A stretch of DNA of 64,000 nt, from positions 165,232,001 through 165,296,000 of the forward strand of contig NC_086097.1 of assembly GCF_963921235.1 (NCBI RefSeq), in the 5' to 3' direction. The stretch comes from Mobula hypostoma. Its lineage: Eukaryota. The position numbers were made by a program, and so were the translations under genes. The notes beneath the pieces were generated by a model that was not told the origin of the DNA, searched no databases, and worked only from the letters and a program-made list of their open reading frames with translations. Shown one piece after another: positions 13,011-26,249 of this stretch (positions are counted from its first letter, which is position 1; the number at the start of each line of letters is the position of its first letter).

Positions 13011-14149
13011 AAGTCATTAAGTATATTAAGTATATAGTGGATATGGCTTCAATAGTTTGAGGTGTAGATTTAAGAAGAAAGTGAGGAGCAGTTTGCTTTT
13101 CCCAGAGAGTAATAAATATCTAGAATTTTCTGCTCAGGGAAGCAGTAAGGACTACATTATTAAATATATTTAAGATACAGTTAGATGGATTTTTGAAGTG
13201 TAGAGTAACTAAGGGTTGTGGAAAAAAGCAGGTAGGTGGAACTGATCCAGGGCCAGATCAGCTATGATCTTCATGAATAGTAGAATAGGCTTGAGGACCA
13301 GTTGTCCTAGTCCTGCACCTATTTCTTATAGGTAAGTTAGGTGAATGGGCAAAATTTGCCAATGGAATATGACACAGAGAAGCATAATTTCAGTACCAGT
13401 TCATAGATCTCAGAACTGTTGCTTGGGATCAAGAGATTGAGCAGATTGGTCCTATACTATGTAGTTTAGAGGTTACCATATAAGTTACTTGTTTAAGGCA
13501 GAAATGAGGAATTTCTTCTCAAAGGGTTGTGAATTTTTAAAAAACTTTTGCAGAATGCTGAGTCACTAAGTATATTCAAGTCTGAAATGTTAATTTTCTC
13601 AACTTTGACAATACAAAGTTATGAGGACAAAGCAGGAAGTTGAGGTTGTAGCTAGTATCAGATCAGCCGTGAGTGATGAGTAGGCTCAGCATCCTTCATG
13701 AACTATTATTAAGCCCATTTCTTAACTGTTTTCTTAATATGTTCTTCATCTTTTCAGCTATATAACTCAATTTTTGTGAGGCTTCTCCAAATCTACAGCA
13801 CTGTTTCTTGATTTTTTTTCCTTTCTCTGCTCTCTGTTTGCACTACTAATTTAATTATATTTATAATTAATTTTCTCGTTCTTTTGTCAAGTTATGTGTG
13901 ATAAACTGCCTTTTGCTAAGACACAGTAATTTATAAGTTAGGTGCATTAAATGTTGCTGAAAATTTAGCTGTCATGTCAACCACTTTATTTTTGGCAAGG
14001 ACAGACAGCTTCAAATGGTCTTCGTACTAATTTTTCTTGGTTTATAGTTCTGGAGAGATTTGAAACTTAGAAAGGCTTAATCTTATAGTGCTAACAGAAA
14101 ATGTTTTTATTTTGCCTTGTAACTTGTGTTTTCAAAATATTTCAGAAGG

Positions 14150-15948
14150 AAAATGGGGAAAAAAATTTCTGGAAACTTAACTTGTGAGTATCGCACTAGT
14201 GGTTAGGGAAGTTACTGAAAAGATTCTTAGGGAAAGGATTTATGAGCCTTTAGACAAACATGACCTAATTAGGGATAGTCAGTGTGTCTTTATGCAGGAC
14301 AGGTTGCGTATTAGTAAACAATAAAATTTTCAAAGAGGTATCAAAAGTGATAAAGGTAGAGCTGTGGATGCTGTCTACATTGATTTTAGTAAGGTGTTTG
14401 ACAAGGTCTGTCATAGGTGGCTCATCCAGAAAATTCAAGATTGTTGATTGTCATTTCAATTGCACAAGTGTAAAGAGAACGAAATAATTGTTTCTTCGGC
14501 TCCGATGCAGCACAAAAAAAACCAATAAGATAACGCAATAATTTTTTTAAAAAAACAATAATAATACATAAGATTACTTGCATACAAAGTATGTCCAAAA
14601 AGTAATGTTAGGCACAGGAGTGTATGCTCCTAGGGTGACTGACAGGAAATGATAAAGTAGTGGTGGTGGGGATGTGGAGGGCTGGGCTAATGGCTGGAGA
14701 TATTGATCAGCCTCACTGTTGGGGAAAGCAACTTTTTGAGTGTGGCATGGACGCTACAAAGATTCCTTGTGTGAGTGGAACAAATCAGTCCATAAGCAGG
14801 GTGAGTAGGATCTTTAATGGTGTTACTCGACCTTTTCCAGCACGTATCTGTCGACATGTCCTTGATGGCGTGTAGGCTGGTGCTGGTGATGCATTGGGCG
14901 GTTTACATACCCTGCACTGATGCAGCTTGTTAGATGCTCTCTGCTGTGCATCTATAAAATGGCAGGAGTGTAGATATGCATAGTCCAGCATTCTTCAGCT
15001 TCCTCAGAAAGTAGAGACGTTGGTAAGTTTTCCTGATTATGTAAAATGTGTTCTGTGACCATGAGACGTTTTACACCCTCAGAAGTTTGAAACTGTTGTG
15101 CCGCCAATGCAAAGAGGGATGTGGGTTCAGCTGAAAAGGTGCATAGGATCCATGGTGAATTGGCCATGGATTCAGTGTTGGCTTGCCCATAGAAGACAAA
15201 GTAGTGGCACTTATTTCAGCTGGAGGTCTATGCCTAGTGGTGTTTTGCAGCTATCCATACTGGGACCTCGGGTGTTTATGATATGTGGAAATTACCTGGA
15301 TAAAAATATAGATTGGTGGGCGAGTTAGTTTCCAGGCAGTATGAATATTGGATAGCATTGAAGACTGGCAAAGAATATAGCAGGATATACAATAGATCAG
15401 TTGCAAATATGTATGAGGAAATCTGGCAAATCTGAAGCTTTACACTTTGGGGCATCAGATGTCAAGATGCAGTATTAATGTTGAGACCCTTAACAGGATG
15501 TTGCAGCTTTATAAAACTGTGGTTAGGATGCACCTAGAGTACTGCATTCAGTTCTGATCGTACCATTATAGGAATAATGTGGAGGCTTTGGAGAGGGAGC
15601 AGAAGAGGCTTGCCAGGATGCTGCATAGATTCCAGGGCATGTGCTTATAAGGAGAGATTGAATAAACATTTTTTTCTCTCTGCAACGACAGATGTTGAGC
15701 AGAAGTCTGATAGAGGTTTATAAGATTATGAAAAGCATGCATAGGGTAGACAGTAGTATCTTTTTCCCCAGGTTGAAGTCCAATACTGAAAGACATGCAT
15801 TTAAAGTGAAAGAGGATAAGTTCAAAGGAAATGTGCAAGACAAGTTTTTTTTTGCACAGGAAGTGTTAGGTGCTTGGTATGTGCTGCCTGAGGTGATGGA
15901 GGAAGCAAGTACAATAGGGGTGTTCAAGATGCTGTTAGGTAAGCACAT
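14150..15948 (+). mobile_element. Old CR1 RT fragment, interrupted by a Rex1/Babar-like fragment (~14450-15095, minus strand) and by Tc1; resumes at 17464-17610
   Basis: Degenerate DFSKVFDK and VRMHLEYCIQF motifs. The 3'UTR continues after the Tc1. Confidence 0.7.
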
Positions 15949-15949
15949 A

Positions 15950-17463
15950 CAGTACTGTGCAAAAGTCTCGGGCACGTGTAAAAAAATTCTGTAAATCGAA
16001 AATGCTTTCAAAAGTAATGAAATGAAAAATTTCTAAATAAAATTCATTATAAAACACAGTAAAATTTTTAAAAATACTAAATCAAATTAATATTTGGTGT
16101 GACGACCCTTTGCCTTTAAAATTGCATCAATTCCCGTAGGTACACTGTCATACAGTTTTATAAGAAAAGTGGCTGCTAGGTTCCAAGCATCTTGGAGAAC
16201 TTGCCACAATTCTTCCGCAAACTAGCTGACTCGCTTGCTTCTGTTTCTCCAGTTAATCCCAGACAGCCTTGCTGTTGAGATCAGGGCCCCGTGGAAGCCA
16301 TCCCATCTGTGCAAAATTCCTTGTTCTTTTCGCTTAAGATAGTTCTTTATGACCTTGTCTGTGTGTTTTGAGTCATTGTCCTGCTGCAGAATGATTTCGG
16401 GACCATTCAGACATCTCCCTGGTGGCACTGCATGATGGATGATAATCTGCTTGTGCTTCTCAGCATTGAGGATTCCACTAATTCTGACCAGATCACCAAC
16501 TCCATTTTCAGAAATGCAGCCCCAAAGCTGCAGGAAACCTCTGCTTGCTTCACTGTCGGCCACAGACACTCATCCATGTAGTTCTCTCCAGCTCTTCTAT
16601 GGATAAACTGCCTCCTGTTTGAGCCAAAAATTTCAAATTTTGACTCGTCAGTCCAGAGCACTTGCTGCCATTGTTTGCCACTCCGGAGGAATGACTTTTT
16701 GGCAGCAACTACTTCTAACAAGACCTCTCCAGTGGTTTCTGAGAGTTCGGAGCTGATTGCAGTGCTGGAGTTTTTCCGATTTAGAAGGGACGTCAGTTTG
16801 ATGTATCTCTCGTCCGCTGCACTCAGTTTCCGTGGCCGACCAATGTGTTTCTGATCCTCAACCTTGCCCAGTTCTGTGCTTCCTCAGAAGAACTTGGACA
16901 GTACATCTTGAAACTCCTGCCACACAATTTCTGCTTGGGTGAGACTTTGCTGATGCAGGATGACCAACCTTGTGTCTTGTTCCTCTGCTCACTCTTGGCA
17001 TGGTGTAAGAATTGATGATTTGAAGATTAAACTGTCACATTTACAGCACCCTCACCTTTTAGTTTGGTTGTCCTTTGTCTAGTTTGATGCCTCCTACACC
17101 TGTTTCAGTTAATCAGTTTAGTTTATTCAACTCAATATGTCATTCATCCTAGTGTTTGTTATCTTTGGTTAATCACGGACCTACAAGAGTGTAGGTCTTA
17201 CCTATGTACCTATGTAGGTCTCACCTACCTATTTACCTACAAAGTAATTTTGTTTTTGTTTCTAAAGTAGTTTATTACTTAATGTTACTTTCTTTAACAA
17301 AATACGAAAATTTCTCTTACAGTTAATTTTTCGGAAAATGAATGTTTAGGAATCTAACATTTGCTCTTTTCTACTGACACTCTAATGCAGAAGACACAAA
17401 TAAACATATAAAACAAAACCTATATTAAAAATCTCAGGTACTTATGAGTTTTGAACAGAACTG
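15950..17463 (-). mobile_element. Tc1/mariner transposon, degenerate
   Basis: TA TSD. Imperfect TIRs cagtactgtgcaaaa / cagttctgttcaaaa. Transposase motifs VLWTDESKFEIFG, WGCISENGVG, QQDNDSKH. Confidence 0.92.
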
Positions 17464-17841
17464 TAAATGTGCAGGAAATAGAAGGACATGGACCATGAGC
17501 AGGTTGGAAGTGATCAATTTTATTGTGCATCTGATCACTAGTTGGTTCTGCACAACATTGTGGGCCAAAGAGCCTCCTCCTGTGCTGTTGTGTTCCATGT
17601 TCTATATTTTGTCTGTTTTCCTTTTGATGCAAGGTCCAGCTGATGGGAAAATTATGCTGTCAATTCAACTAGTTCTGATGTTTAGGATTTATTAAAATCA
17701 AATTCGTAAACAGTTGATACAGAAAATAATTTTCACTTTTGGCTTTCAGTGCGTTCAATTTTCTTGTGAATTTGGTGGCTTTTGTACATGGCATCACTAA
17801 GATAATGCTCATTTTTAAAAATTGGAAATGGAAGCATACAA

Positions 17842-18053
17842 CAGGAATTCTGCAGATGCTGGAAATTCAAGCAACACACATCAAAGTTGCTGGTGAACGC
17901 AGCAGGCCAAGCAGCATCTGTAGGAAGAGGTGCAGTCGACGTTTCAGACCGAGACCCTTCGTCAGGACTAACGAAGGGTCTCGGCCTGAAACATCGACTG
18001 CACCTCTTCCTACAGATGCTGCTTGGCCTGCTGCGTTCACCAGCAACTTTGAC
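17842..18053. mobile_element. Short palindromic Penelope-like insertion
   Basis: Inverted arms meet at ~17970. 14-bp TSD atggaagcatacaa at 17828-41 and 18054-67. Confidence 0.85.
17934..17969 (-). ncRNA. Minimal type I hammerhead ribozyme motif (core intact, weak stem II)
   Basis: AGUC-CUGACGA-AGGGUCUCGGUCU-GAAA-CG-UC-GACU. Confidence 0.6.
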
Positions 18054-19699
18054 ATGGAAGCATACAAGCTGGGTTTTAAAAAGAAACATACAGCTTCAGG
18101 CACAATTTTGATTATTTTATATCTTTTATATTTTATTTTCCACTGTAATTCCCAGTACAATTAGGACCAAAGGCAGCATTGCATATTGTGGTATCTCATA
18201 CCATGGCTAAAGTCAAACTGATGCTTATATTCAAGTTTTGCATTAGCCTACTTTTTCAGATCTATGCTATCAAATTTCAATATTTGGGTCTCTTGGAATC
18301 TGGAGTTCTCATGCATAATGCATGACTACCTCATTTTGTGGTCAGTGTTTCTTATTTTATGTTTAAGCACATAAAAGATAAATGACCAGGCATATAGGGA
18401 GCAAGTGGAAATATGATATTGAGGTAGAAAATCAACCACAATAATACTGAATGCAGATTAGATTTGAATGGCAAAGTAGCCACACCTATTCTTTTATCTT
18501 TTTCCCTGTGTATCTATATGCGAAGTAGAAGGGGAGTTCTTGGCTATATAAAGGCTCTTTAGTAGTGTTGCAGCAGACACCCCCCCCAAAAAAAAAGTAT
18601 TTTTGAACTGCCTAGGGATATGTCAAAAGTTCTGAGATCTATGAACTGGTACTGAAATCTATTAAATTGCCCTGTGGCCTCTTGTTTGAGCTGCTTGTAA
18701 CATTTATATATAAGCAAATGTTATGTCATCACCTTTACTAAGTAGATTGAGAGTAGAACATCTAGTCCTCACATTTTCTGTTCTTCTCTCACTCTTCCCT
18801 CCCCCCACCCCCATTTTAGCCACCACAGTTTGGTTTGTTGTCCACGATAATCTTGTGTGGTTATCTTTTATGTGTTTACCCATTTGTTGGGATGTGCAAC
18901 CAAGTTACAGGGAGTAATGTTTTGACAAGCAATAACTAAGCTTTTGGAGACTCTCTGAAGCATTGTGCATGTTCATAAACTTTTATAAGTATGCTCCCTT
19001 GAATGCCTGCTGGTGCTTTACAACTAAAGATTGATTAATCTGCTCAGAAAAGATTTTGAACAACGGACTTCACTCTATTCATGTTCCTCCATTTGTTTGA
19101 GAACTTCAGATTAATCTGACGCTATCATCTACAGTACTCTGGTAATCGAATGTCGATGGGCCTATGAATTAAATATTTATGCTTGATCCCTTATGCTACT
19201 CCTCTCCAGCAGGCTGGAACTGATGTCAATTGTCTTTGTAGTTCATTGATTGCAGGTCAACGATCATTCATAATGTCCTCCAAAGTTTGTTCTTTGGATT
19301 TGATAGACGTATACAAAATTGAGGAGTATAAATAGAGTAAATGCAAGCAAGTCTTTTCCACTGAGGTTGAGTTAAGGATGAAAGATGAAAAGTTTAAGGG
19401 GAACATGAAGGATAACTCCTTCACTCAGGGTCAGGAGAGTGTGGAACAAGCTGCCAGTGCATGTGATACATGCAAGCTCAATTTCAATGTTTAAGAGAAG
19501 TTTGGATAGGTGCATGAATGGTAGGGGTATGAAGGGCTATGGAGGGTAGGTCAATGGGAGTAGACAATTTAATGGTTCAGCATTGACTTGATGGGCCAAA
19601 TGGCCTGATTCTATGCCATACTTTTCTATGACTCTAATAGTGTTCTCCGTGAACAGGGTAGGGCTAAAATTATGGCATGTGCTCCATGTAATGTCTCTT

Positions 19700-20270
19700 T
19701 AATACCTTGCTTAATGCTATGATAATACCTCAAGTTTATTCTTGTTGGAACAGGGTGTGATGCAGCTCCTTTACACGGCATAAGAAGTTGGGGAGCATGG
19801 TCTGCATGCTGGGGGTTCTTGATGATGGATGTTGCTTTCTTGTGGCAGTGCGCCTTGTAGGTCTTCTCTATAGTGGGGGTGGGGGGAGCTTTTCCTGTAA
19901 TCAACTGGGCTGTACCTACCACTTTTTGTAGGCTTTTCTGTTCTTGGAAATTGGTGTATCCATACTGGGCCATGATGCAAACAGTCAGAATACTCTCCAC
20001 TGTGCATCCACAGAGGTTTGTCAACGTTTTAGTTGGTGTGTTGAATCTGTGCAAGCTCCCAAGGAAATAGAAGTGCTGCCATGCCTTCTTTTGAAATGCT
20101 GCTTAAGTGTTAGTCCCAAGACACATAGCCTCACAGGATAAAACCAAGAATTTGTTACTAACCCCTCTCCATCTCTGATTTTCCCCCAATGAGGACTGAC
20201 TGATGGACCAGAAACCTGTAGTTAATAATCATTTCTTTGGTTTTGCTGACATTGAGTGTGAGACTGTTGT
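19700..20270 (-). mobile_element. Rex1/Babar-type LINE C-terminal fragment
   Basis: KTLTNLCGCTVESILTVCIMAQYG...KSLQKVVGTAQLITG. Confidence 0.75.
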
Positions 20271-20436
20271 ACAAAATAAATTATTGGTTCATTCTTACAT
20301 TGCTTTTCATGTAAGTTTTCTGTGTGAAATTGGCTTCTGTGTTTACCATTGTTATAATACTGATTACACTTCAGAGTGATTTGTTTGGCTTGGATTTTGA
20401 GTGGCCTTGCTTTGCAAAAGGAATTAAATTTATGTA

Positions 20437-21530
20437 CAGTTGCAAGAAAAAGTTTGAGCCCATTTTCTGCATTAATTACATAAAATGTGGTCTAGTCTTC
20501 ATCTAAGTCACAATAATAAACAAACACAATCTACCTAAATTAATAACATACAAACAATTGTACTTCTCACGTCTTTATTGAACACATTGTTTAATCATTC
20601 ACAGTCCAGGCTGGAAAAAATATGTGATCCCTTGTATTTAGTAACTGGTAGAACCTCCTTAAGCAGCAATAACTTCCACCAAACATTTCCCATAGCTGTG
20701 TCTCAGACTAGCACAACAGCAAGGAGGAATTTTAGACCATACCTCCATACAAAACTGTTTCAGTTTATTAATATTTTTGGGATAAGTTGCATGAACAGCC
20801 CTCTTCAGGTCGTGCCACAGCATCTCAATTGGGTCAAGGTCTGGACACTGACCTGGCCTTTCCAAATTATGAATTTTCTTCTTTTTAAACCATTCTGTTG
20901 TTGATTTAAGTCTGATTTATACTTCTGCGTCAAATGTAGACCGCAACAACTGTGATTGGTCCACTTAGTAGCATCGCATTTCCAGTTGCTTTTCTCCGCC
21001 ATGTCTGTACCCTGATGCGAAATAAATGGTTGGAGATGATGAACCAAATCGTCAAATCTACCTGCCGATATCTGCAAATATTTGAAATGCATTTCCTCAT
21101 CCATGGCTCTCATGAAGAAACTCAACACAGTGGCATAGAAACCCCATCGCCAGCTAGTGTCTTGGCGGTGAATTGCAAAGTGACGCAGATACAACAACAC
21201 ATGCTCACTACGGTGTAGGGCTACGCAGAACTATAAATCAGGGATACAGTGTAGCCCGTACGCACAAGTATAAATCAGGCTTTACTCTTGTGTTTTGGAT
21301 TATTGTCTTGTTATATCATCCAACTTCTATTAAGCTTCAAGTGACAGATTACTACCCTGATATTCTCCTGTAAAATGTCTTGATACAATTTTGAATTCAT
21401 TGCTCCCTCAACAATTGCAAGCTATCCAGGCCCTGAGGTGACAAAGCAGCCCCAAACCATGATGCTATTTCCACCATGCTTTGCAGTTGGGATGAGGTTT
21501 TGGCAAGGGTATACAGTGCTCTTTTCCCTC
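20437..21530 (-). mobile_element. Tc1 transposon fragment (second family), interrupted by a Harbinger element
   Basis: TA-cagttgcaagaaaaagttt terminus. Motif [21 protein letters not shown] (SPDLNPIE-type). Confidence 0.85.
20909..21281 (-). mobile_element. Non-autonomous PIF/Harbinger element
   Basis: 3-bp TSD TTA at 20906-08 and 21282-84. TIRs agtctgatttatacttctgcgt / agcctgatttatacttgtgcgt. Transposase-like remnant [19 protein letters not shown]. Confidence 0.85.
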
Positions 21531-21984
21531 TAAACATCTTGGCTGTTGCTTGAATCATGGGTCATCTTTGTATGATCAGTTGTAATCTCTTTTTAAACAT
21601 ATACAACCATTGTAGAGTTTTATCATCTGCAAATTTAGTCACTGTTAACTGTATGCCTTCGGTTTTTCATGAAAATAACAACCAATTTCAGAGAGTTGAA
21701 AAGCTGCTTCAACAAATTCTAAGCTGCTTTTTAGTTTCAATTTGATGTAGTTTGATTAAATTATCTGTGCAGCAGCATAACAAGGCTGCTAAAAGTCCCT
21801 AATAAAGTCAGAATGTCTTGTATGGAAATGAATGCACAAGTAGTGACATTTAAGCTATTTGTTGTTTGAGAAATGCTTTGGGACATCCTTGGTCTTAAAA
21901 GATATTATCTTCATGCCTTAAAAGTGGTGACTGGCTTCCAATCTCTTGATCTTCTGAGCTGAACATTCAGTTTAAAGTGCTGCA

Positions 21985-22280
21985 TTGTAGTTTTGCAGTT
22001 AGCGTAACACTTTACAGTGCCAGTGATTGGAAAATCAGGATTCAATTCCTGCTGCTATTCGTAAGGAGTCTATACATTCTTCCCATGACTGTAAGTTTAC
22101 TCTGGGTGTTCCTGTTTCATCTCGTATTCCAAAGGTTAGGGTTAATAAGCATGCAATGTTGGTACTGGAAGTATGAAACTACTTGCAGGCTGCTTAGAGC
22201 CTATCCTCTGTGTTGGGACATTGATGTAAATGGCATATTTCAATGTATATTTTGATATACATATAAAAAATAATGCAAAT
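21985..22280 (+). mobile_element. Degenerate tRNA-derived SINE
   Basis: B-box-like ggattcaattcc followed by the body ctgctgct...taaggagtctatacattcttcccatgac. Related copies at ~36700-37130 (-), ~39365-39510 (+) and ~48650-48846 (-). Confidence 0.6.
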
Positions 22281-23120
22281 CTTTAATTTTGATAATGGAT
22301 TGATAATTCATAATATTTCTCAAAATACTAGTGACAGCAGCACCAGATGAACTTAAAAATGAGGTGTCACTGGGTTAAACTACAACAATGTGCACAATCT
22401 GCAAATTGTGCAATTAAAGCACCATTGAGTAGGAATCTAGGCAATCCCATAATCAGTAGATCAGATTAAACCTCTTGTGTTTCTGCCACTGGTAGTTGTG
22501 GATGGTAGTAGGCCATTAAACAGCTGGCAGGAGAATAAGAATCCAGGAACATTCACTTTGTACCTGTTGGGGTGGGGGAAATTAAACAGTGAGCAGGAGA
22601 GTAAGTGAACAGTGGACATCCCCATTAACTGTTAATTAGACTGTTGTATCATGCTAAAAGATAGGTTGAAGCATTTACAGCCAAGTTTATCCAGAAATGC
22701 AGGGTCAGTGGTTAATTTTACTTTCCTCCTAAGATCCCCACTGTTGTAGAAGCCAGTTTCAGTTCTTGACTCACGTCACAACCTATGGATTCACCTTCAA
22801 GTACTTTACAATTCTTGTGTTCACTGTTATTTATTTATTTATTTTCTGTATTTGGGCACTGCCTTTTGCACATTGGTTGTCAGTCTTTATTTGTGTGTAG
22901 CTTTTCATTGATTCTATTGTAATTTTCTACTGTGATTGCCTACAAGAGAATGAATCTCAATTTTGATAATGCTATTTATTAGGAAATGCCTGAATGCATC
23001 AGATACTCAAAGGACTATGAATTCAGGGCACCCCTGTTGTAGTACTGAAGTTTGTGTTTTAGAACTTCAGGAAGCTGTGGCAGAGTTGTTCCAGTACAGA
23101 CCTGTCCTCTACCTATGATT

Positions 23121-23434
23121 AGTAAAGGCATCCGTTAGTCTTGCAAGACCATGGATCTGCGCCTGGAAAGTCTTCACTCTCCAGGGTGCAGGCCTGGGCA
23201 AGGTTGTATGGAAGACCAGCAGTTGCCCATGCTGCAAGTCTCCCCTCTCCGCGACACCAGTGTTGCCCAAGGGAAGGGCATTAGGACCCATACAGCTTGG
23301 CACCAGTGTCGTCGCAGAGCAATGTGTGATTAAGTGCCTTGCTCAAGGACACAACACGTTCCCTTGGCTGGGGTTCGAACTCATGACCTTCAGGTCACTA
23401 GTCCAATGCCTTAACCACTTGGCCATGTGCCCAC
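23121..23434 (-). mobile_element. Full-length tRNA-derived CORE-type SINE with an RTE-like 3' end
   Basis: A box TGGCCAAGTGG, B box GTTCGAACC, CORE-like gtgtccttgagcaaggcacttaa. 12-bp TSD ctacctatgatt at 23109-20 and 23435-46. Confidence 0.85.
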
Positions 23435-23859
23435 CTACCTATGATTGTAGAACAATTGACCAGCTATGTCTAAACCACAAATAGCATATAACATAAAAAA
23501 TAGAAGCAGTAAACGGTCATTTGACCCCAGGTGTTGCTCCAACATTCATTAAGATTATGGCTGAATGTTTTATTAATTATGGTGCCATTTTCTACACTGC
23601 CCTTTTCCTCCTGGATTATTTCATATTGTACCTTCCTTTTCTATCCATGATTTGGTCATTCATTGCTGAATTCCTGACTTTTTCCAATCCATGGATGTTT
23701 TCTTCTGTTGTGAGATTATAAACATTTACTTTTTGATCTAATACTGTTATTTCTTGTAAACCACTCACTTATTTTCTTGTTAGCTGAAATTACTAAATTG
23801 GAGAAAGGCTAATTAAAACAGTGTTAACCAGGAGCTCGGGCAACTGTTATTGGGAAGTC

Positions 23860-25180
23860 CATACCTGATATATGGGAGTCGTTTGATGGCTTGCTGGTCA
23901 GAATTCAGAAGCAACATGTTCCTGTGAAGGATAAAGACTAGGATGATAAGATGTTACAAATTAAGGAAGTTAAAATTGGATGGGGCCTTTGAGTAATACA
24001 AAGCAAGCTGGAAATTGGAGAAAAGGCTGAAACAGACTATGAAATGTCCTTGGCGAGTAGGATTAAAGGATCCTAAGGCGTTTTATACATACATTTAAAA
24101 CTTAGGCAGAGAATTTATACCTGGAGTGAGAAGATACAGGTGAGGTACTAGCTGGATACCTTGTATCGGTATTCACCAAGGGTAGGACCTTGTGGATTGT
24201 AAAATTAGGGAGGGGTGTGCTGATATTCCAGGGCATGATGACGTCAAGGACAAGATGATCTTTAAGGTCAGGGCTTGATGGGGATCTATCCTAGGTTGTT
24301 GAGATATACAAGGGAAGAACTTGATAGGTGTCTCTATATCCTCTTCAGCCACAGTTGAGGTCCCAGGTGACTGGAAAATAACCACTGTTCCTCTGTTTAA
24401 GAAGGGGTGAAAGAGACAGACCAGTGATTTATAGGCCAGTGAAACGTATATCAGTGGTAGGAAAATAAGATTCTTAAGGATAGTCAGCATGGCTTTGCAT
24501 GGGAAAAATTTGTGTTGCAAACTTGATTGAAATTTTTTGTGGAGGTGATGAAGATGATTGAGGGTATGACTGTGACTATTGTATATGTGGAATTTAATAA
24601 AGCTTTCAACAAAGTCTCTTATGATAGGCTGATCCAAAAGATTAAGGCAGATGGGATCCATAGAAACTTGGTAGATTGGATTCAAAATTGTCTTGGCCTA
24701 GAAGACAGGTAGTGGTAGAAGGGTATTACTCTGATTGAAGGTCAACAAACACAAGGATCAATGCTGGGAGTTCTGTTTATGAAGGATATAAATGGTTTGG
24801 ATGAAAATTATTAGTAGGTTTCTAGACAACACAAAAATTGGGATAGTTAGGAAGGTTGTCGAAGGATTAAGCACACACACAAGTCGAAAATTTGGGCAGA
24901 CAAATGGTGGATGGAATTTAGACAAGTTTGAGGTGCTGCTCTTTGGGAGGCCAAAACTAAAAGTATAAAGGGCAGGACCTTTGGGAGCATTGTGGCAATG
25001 AGAGGCCTTGGGTTCCCTGAAGATTGTAAACAACATGTACAGCATTCTTCCCACCATCTTTCAGGGTGTTCAGTATAAAAGTTGGGAAGTTATGTTACAG
25101 CTGTATAATGCTTTAGTTAGGCCACATTTTGAATATTGTGTGCTAGTCTGGTTGTCATGTTACAGACACAATGTTAGAGG
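23860..25180 (+). mobile_element. Old CR1 ORF2 fragment
   Basis: YVEFNKAFNKVSYDRLIQK and LYNALVRPHFEYCV. Confidence 0.75.
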
Positions 25181-25224
25181 ATTTTATGGGAGTGTGGAAG
25201 AAGCTTGAAGTCCAAAGTCCTCAT

Positions 25225-25850
25225 TAGGGAACAGAGGTGGAGAGGGTCAGTAGCTTTAAGTTCCTTGGTGACAATATTTCAGAGGATTTGTCTTGGGACT
25301 ATCACAAGTGTCATCACAAAAGGCATGACAGTGCCTCTACTTCACTGGAAGTTTGAATAAATTCAGATTTGTGATTGAAAACTTTGACAAATTTCTTTAG
25401 ATGCACAGTGGAGAGTATCCTAGCTAGTTGCATCATGGTGTGGTATGGAAATGCCAATACTCAGAAATGGAAAAGACTACTAAAAGTGATTAATACACCC
25501 GAGTCCATCGCAGGCAAAACCCTAACCACTGTTGAGTGTATTTACATGGAGTGCTGCCACAAGAAATAGCATCCATCACCAAAGACCCCCACCATTCAGG
25601 CCTGGTACTCTTACTTGCTACTACCTGGCAACACAGAAGCCTTGGGTCCCACACCATTAGGTTCAGGAACACTTATGATGCTACAGCCATGAGGCTGCTC
25701 AACCATTGTGCATAACTTCAATAACCGCTACTCTGAACTGATGCTTTGACCTATAGACTAATTTTCAAGGACTCTTTACAGCTCTTTATTTGCACGGTTT
25801 CTCTTCTTTTGCACATTGGTTGTTTGTCACATTTAGTCTGTTTGTGTATA
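25225..25850 (+). mobile_element. Rex1/Babar-type LINE 3' fragment
   Basis: FKFLG, then KTLTNFFRCTVESILASCIMVWYGNA. Confidence 0.75.
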
Positions 25851-26249
25851 GTCTACTGCCCTTGCAGTGCTTTGTCTACAAAGTTAGGCAGGGAGTCAAG
25901 CACTTTCTCAAAAATCACCCAAGCTGAAAGCTATTTTCAGGGTTTTTAATGAGAAAATTTTGTGAAACTGCAGAAGGTTAAGTAAAACGCATATTAGGTT
26001 CAATACAGAATTGTTGCACATTAATATTATAGATTGTTCCTACTATCAGCATTAAACAAGGAAATGAACATGTGCAACATTCTATAACTATGCTGTGGAC
26101 TACAGTGAACTCATGGCGCGACAATAGCTTAATAGCGATGAATGATAAACATAATACTTCCTTCAAGGTAAATCTACTGAATGTTTATCAGCATTAAGAA
26201 GCTGAAGACTTATAGATATTGCTGTTTCAAGGGAAAATAGAGTGGATGA

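Noticed and set aside
17180..17243. Short jumbled repeats (cctac/gtaggtct), and similar small duplications at ~26325-26375, ~58032-58053 and ~59321-59353
   Set aside because: Consistent with local slippage or repair scars; no evidence of function.
23360..23434. tRNA gene
   Set aside because: A and B boxes are present, but they form the head of a TSD-flanked SINE with no proper acceptor stem or terminator.
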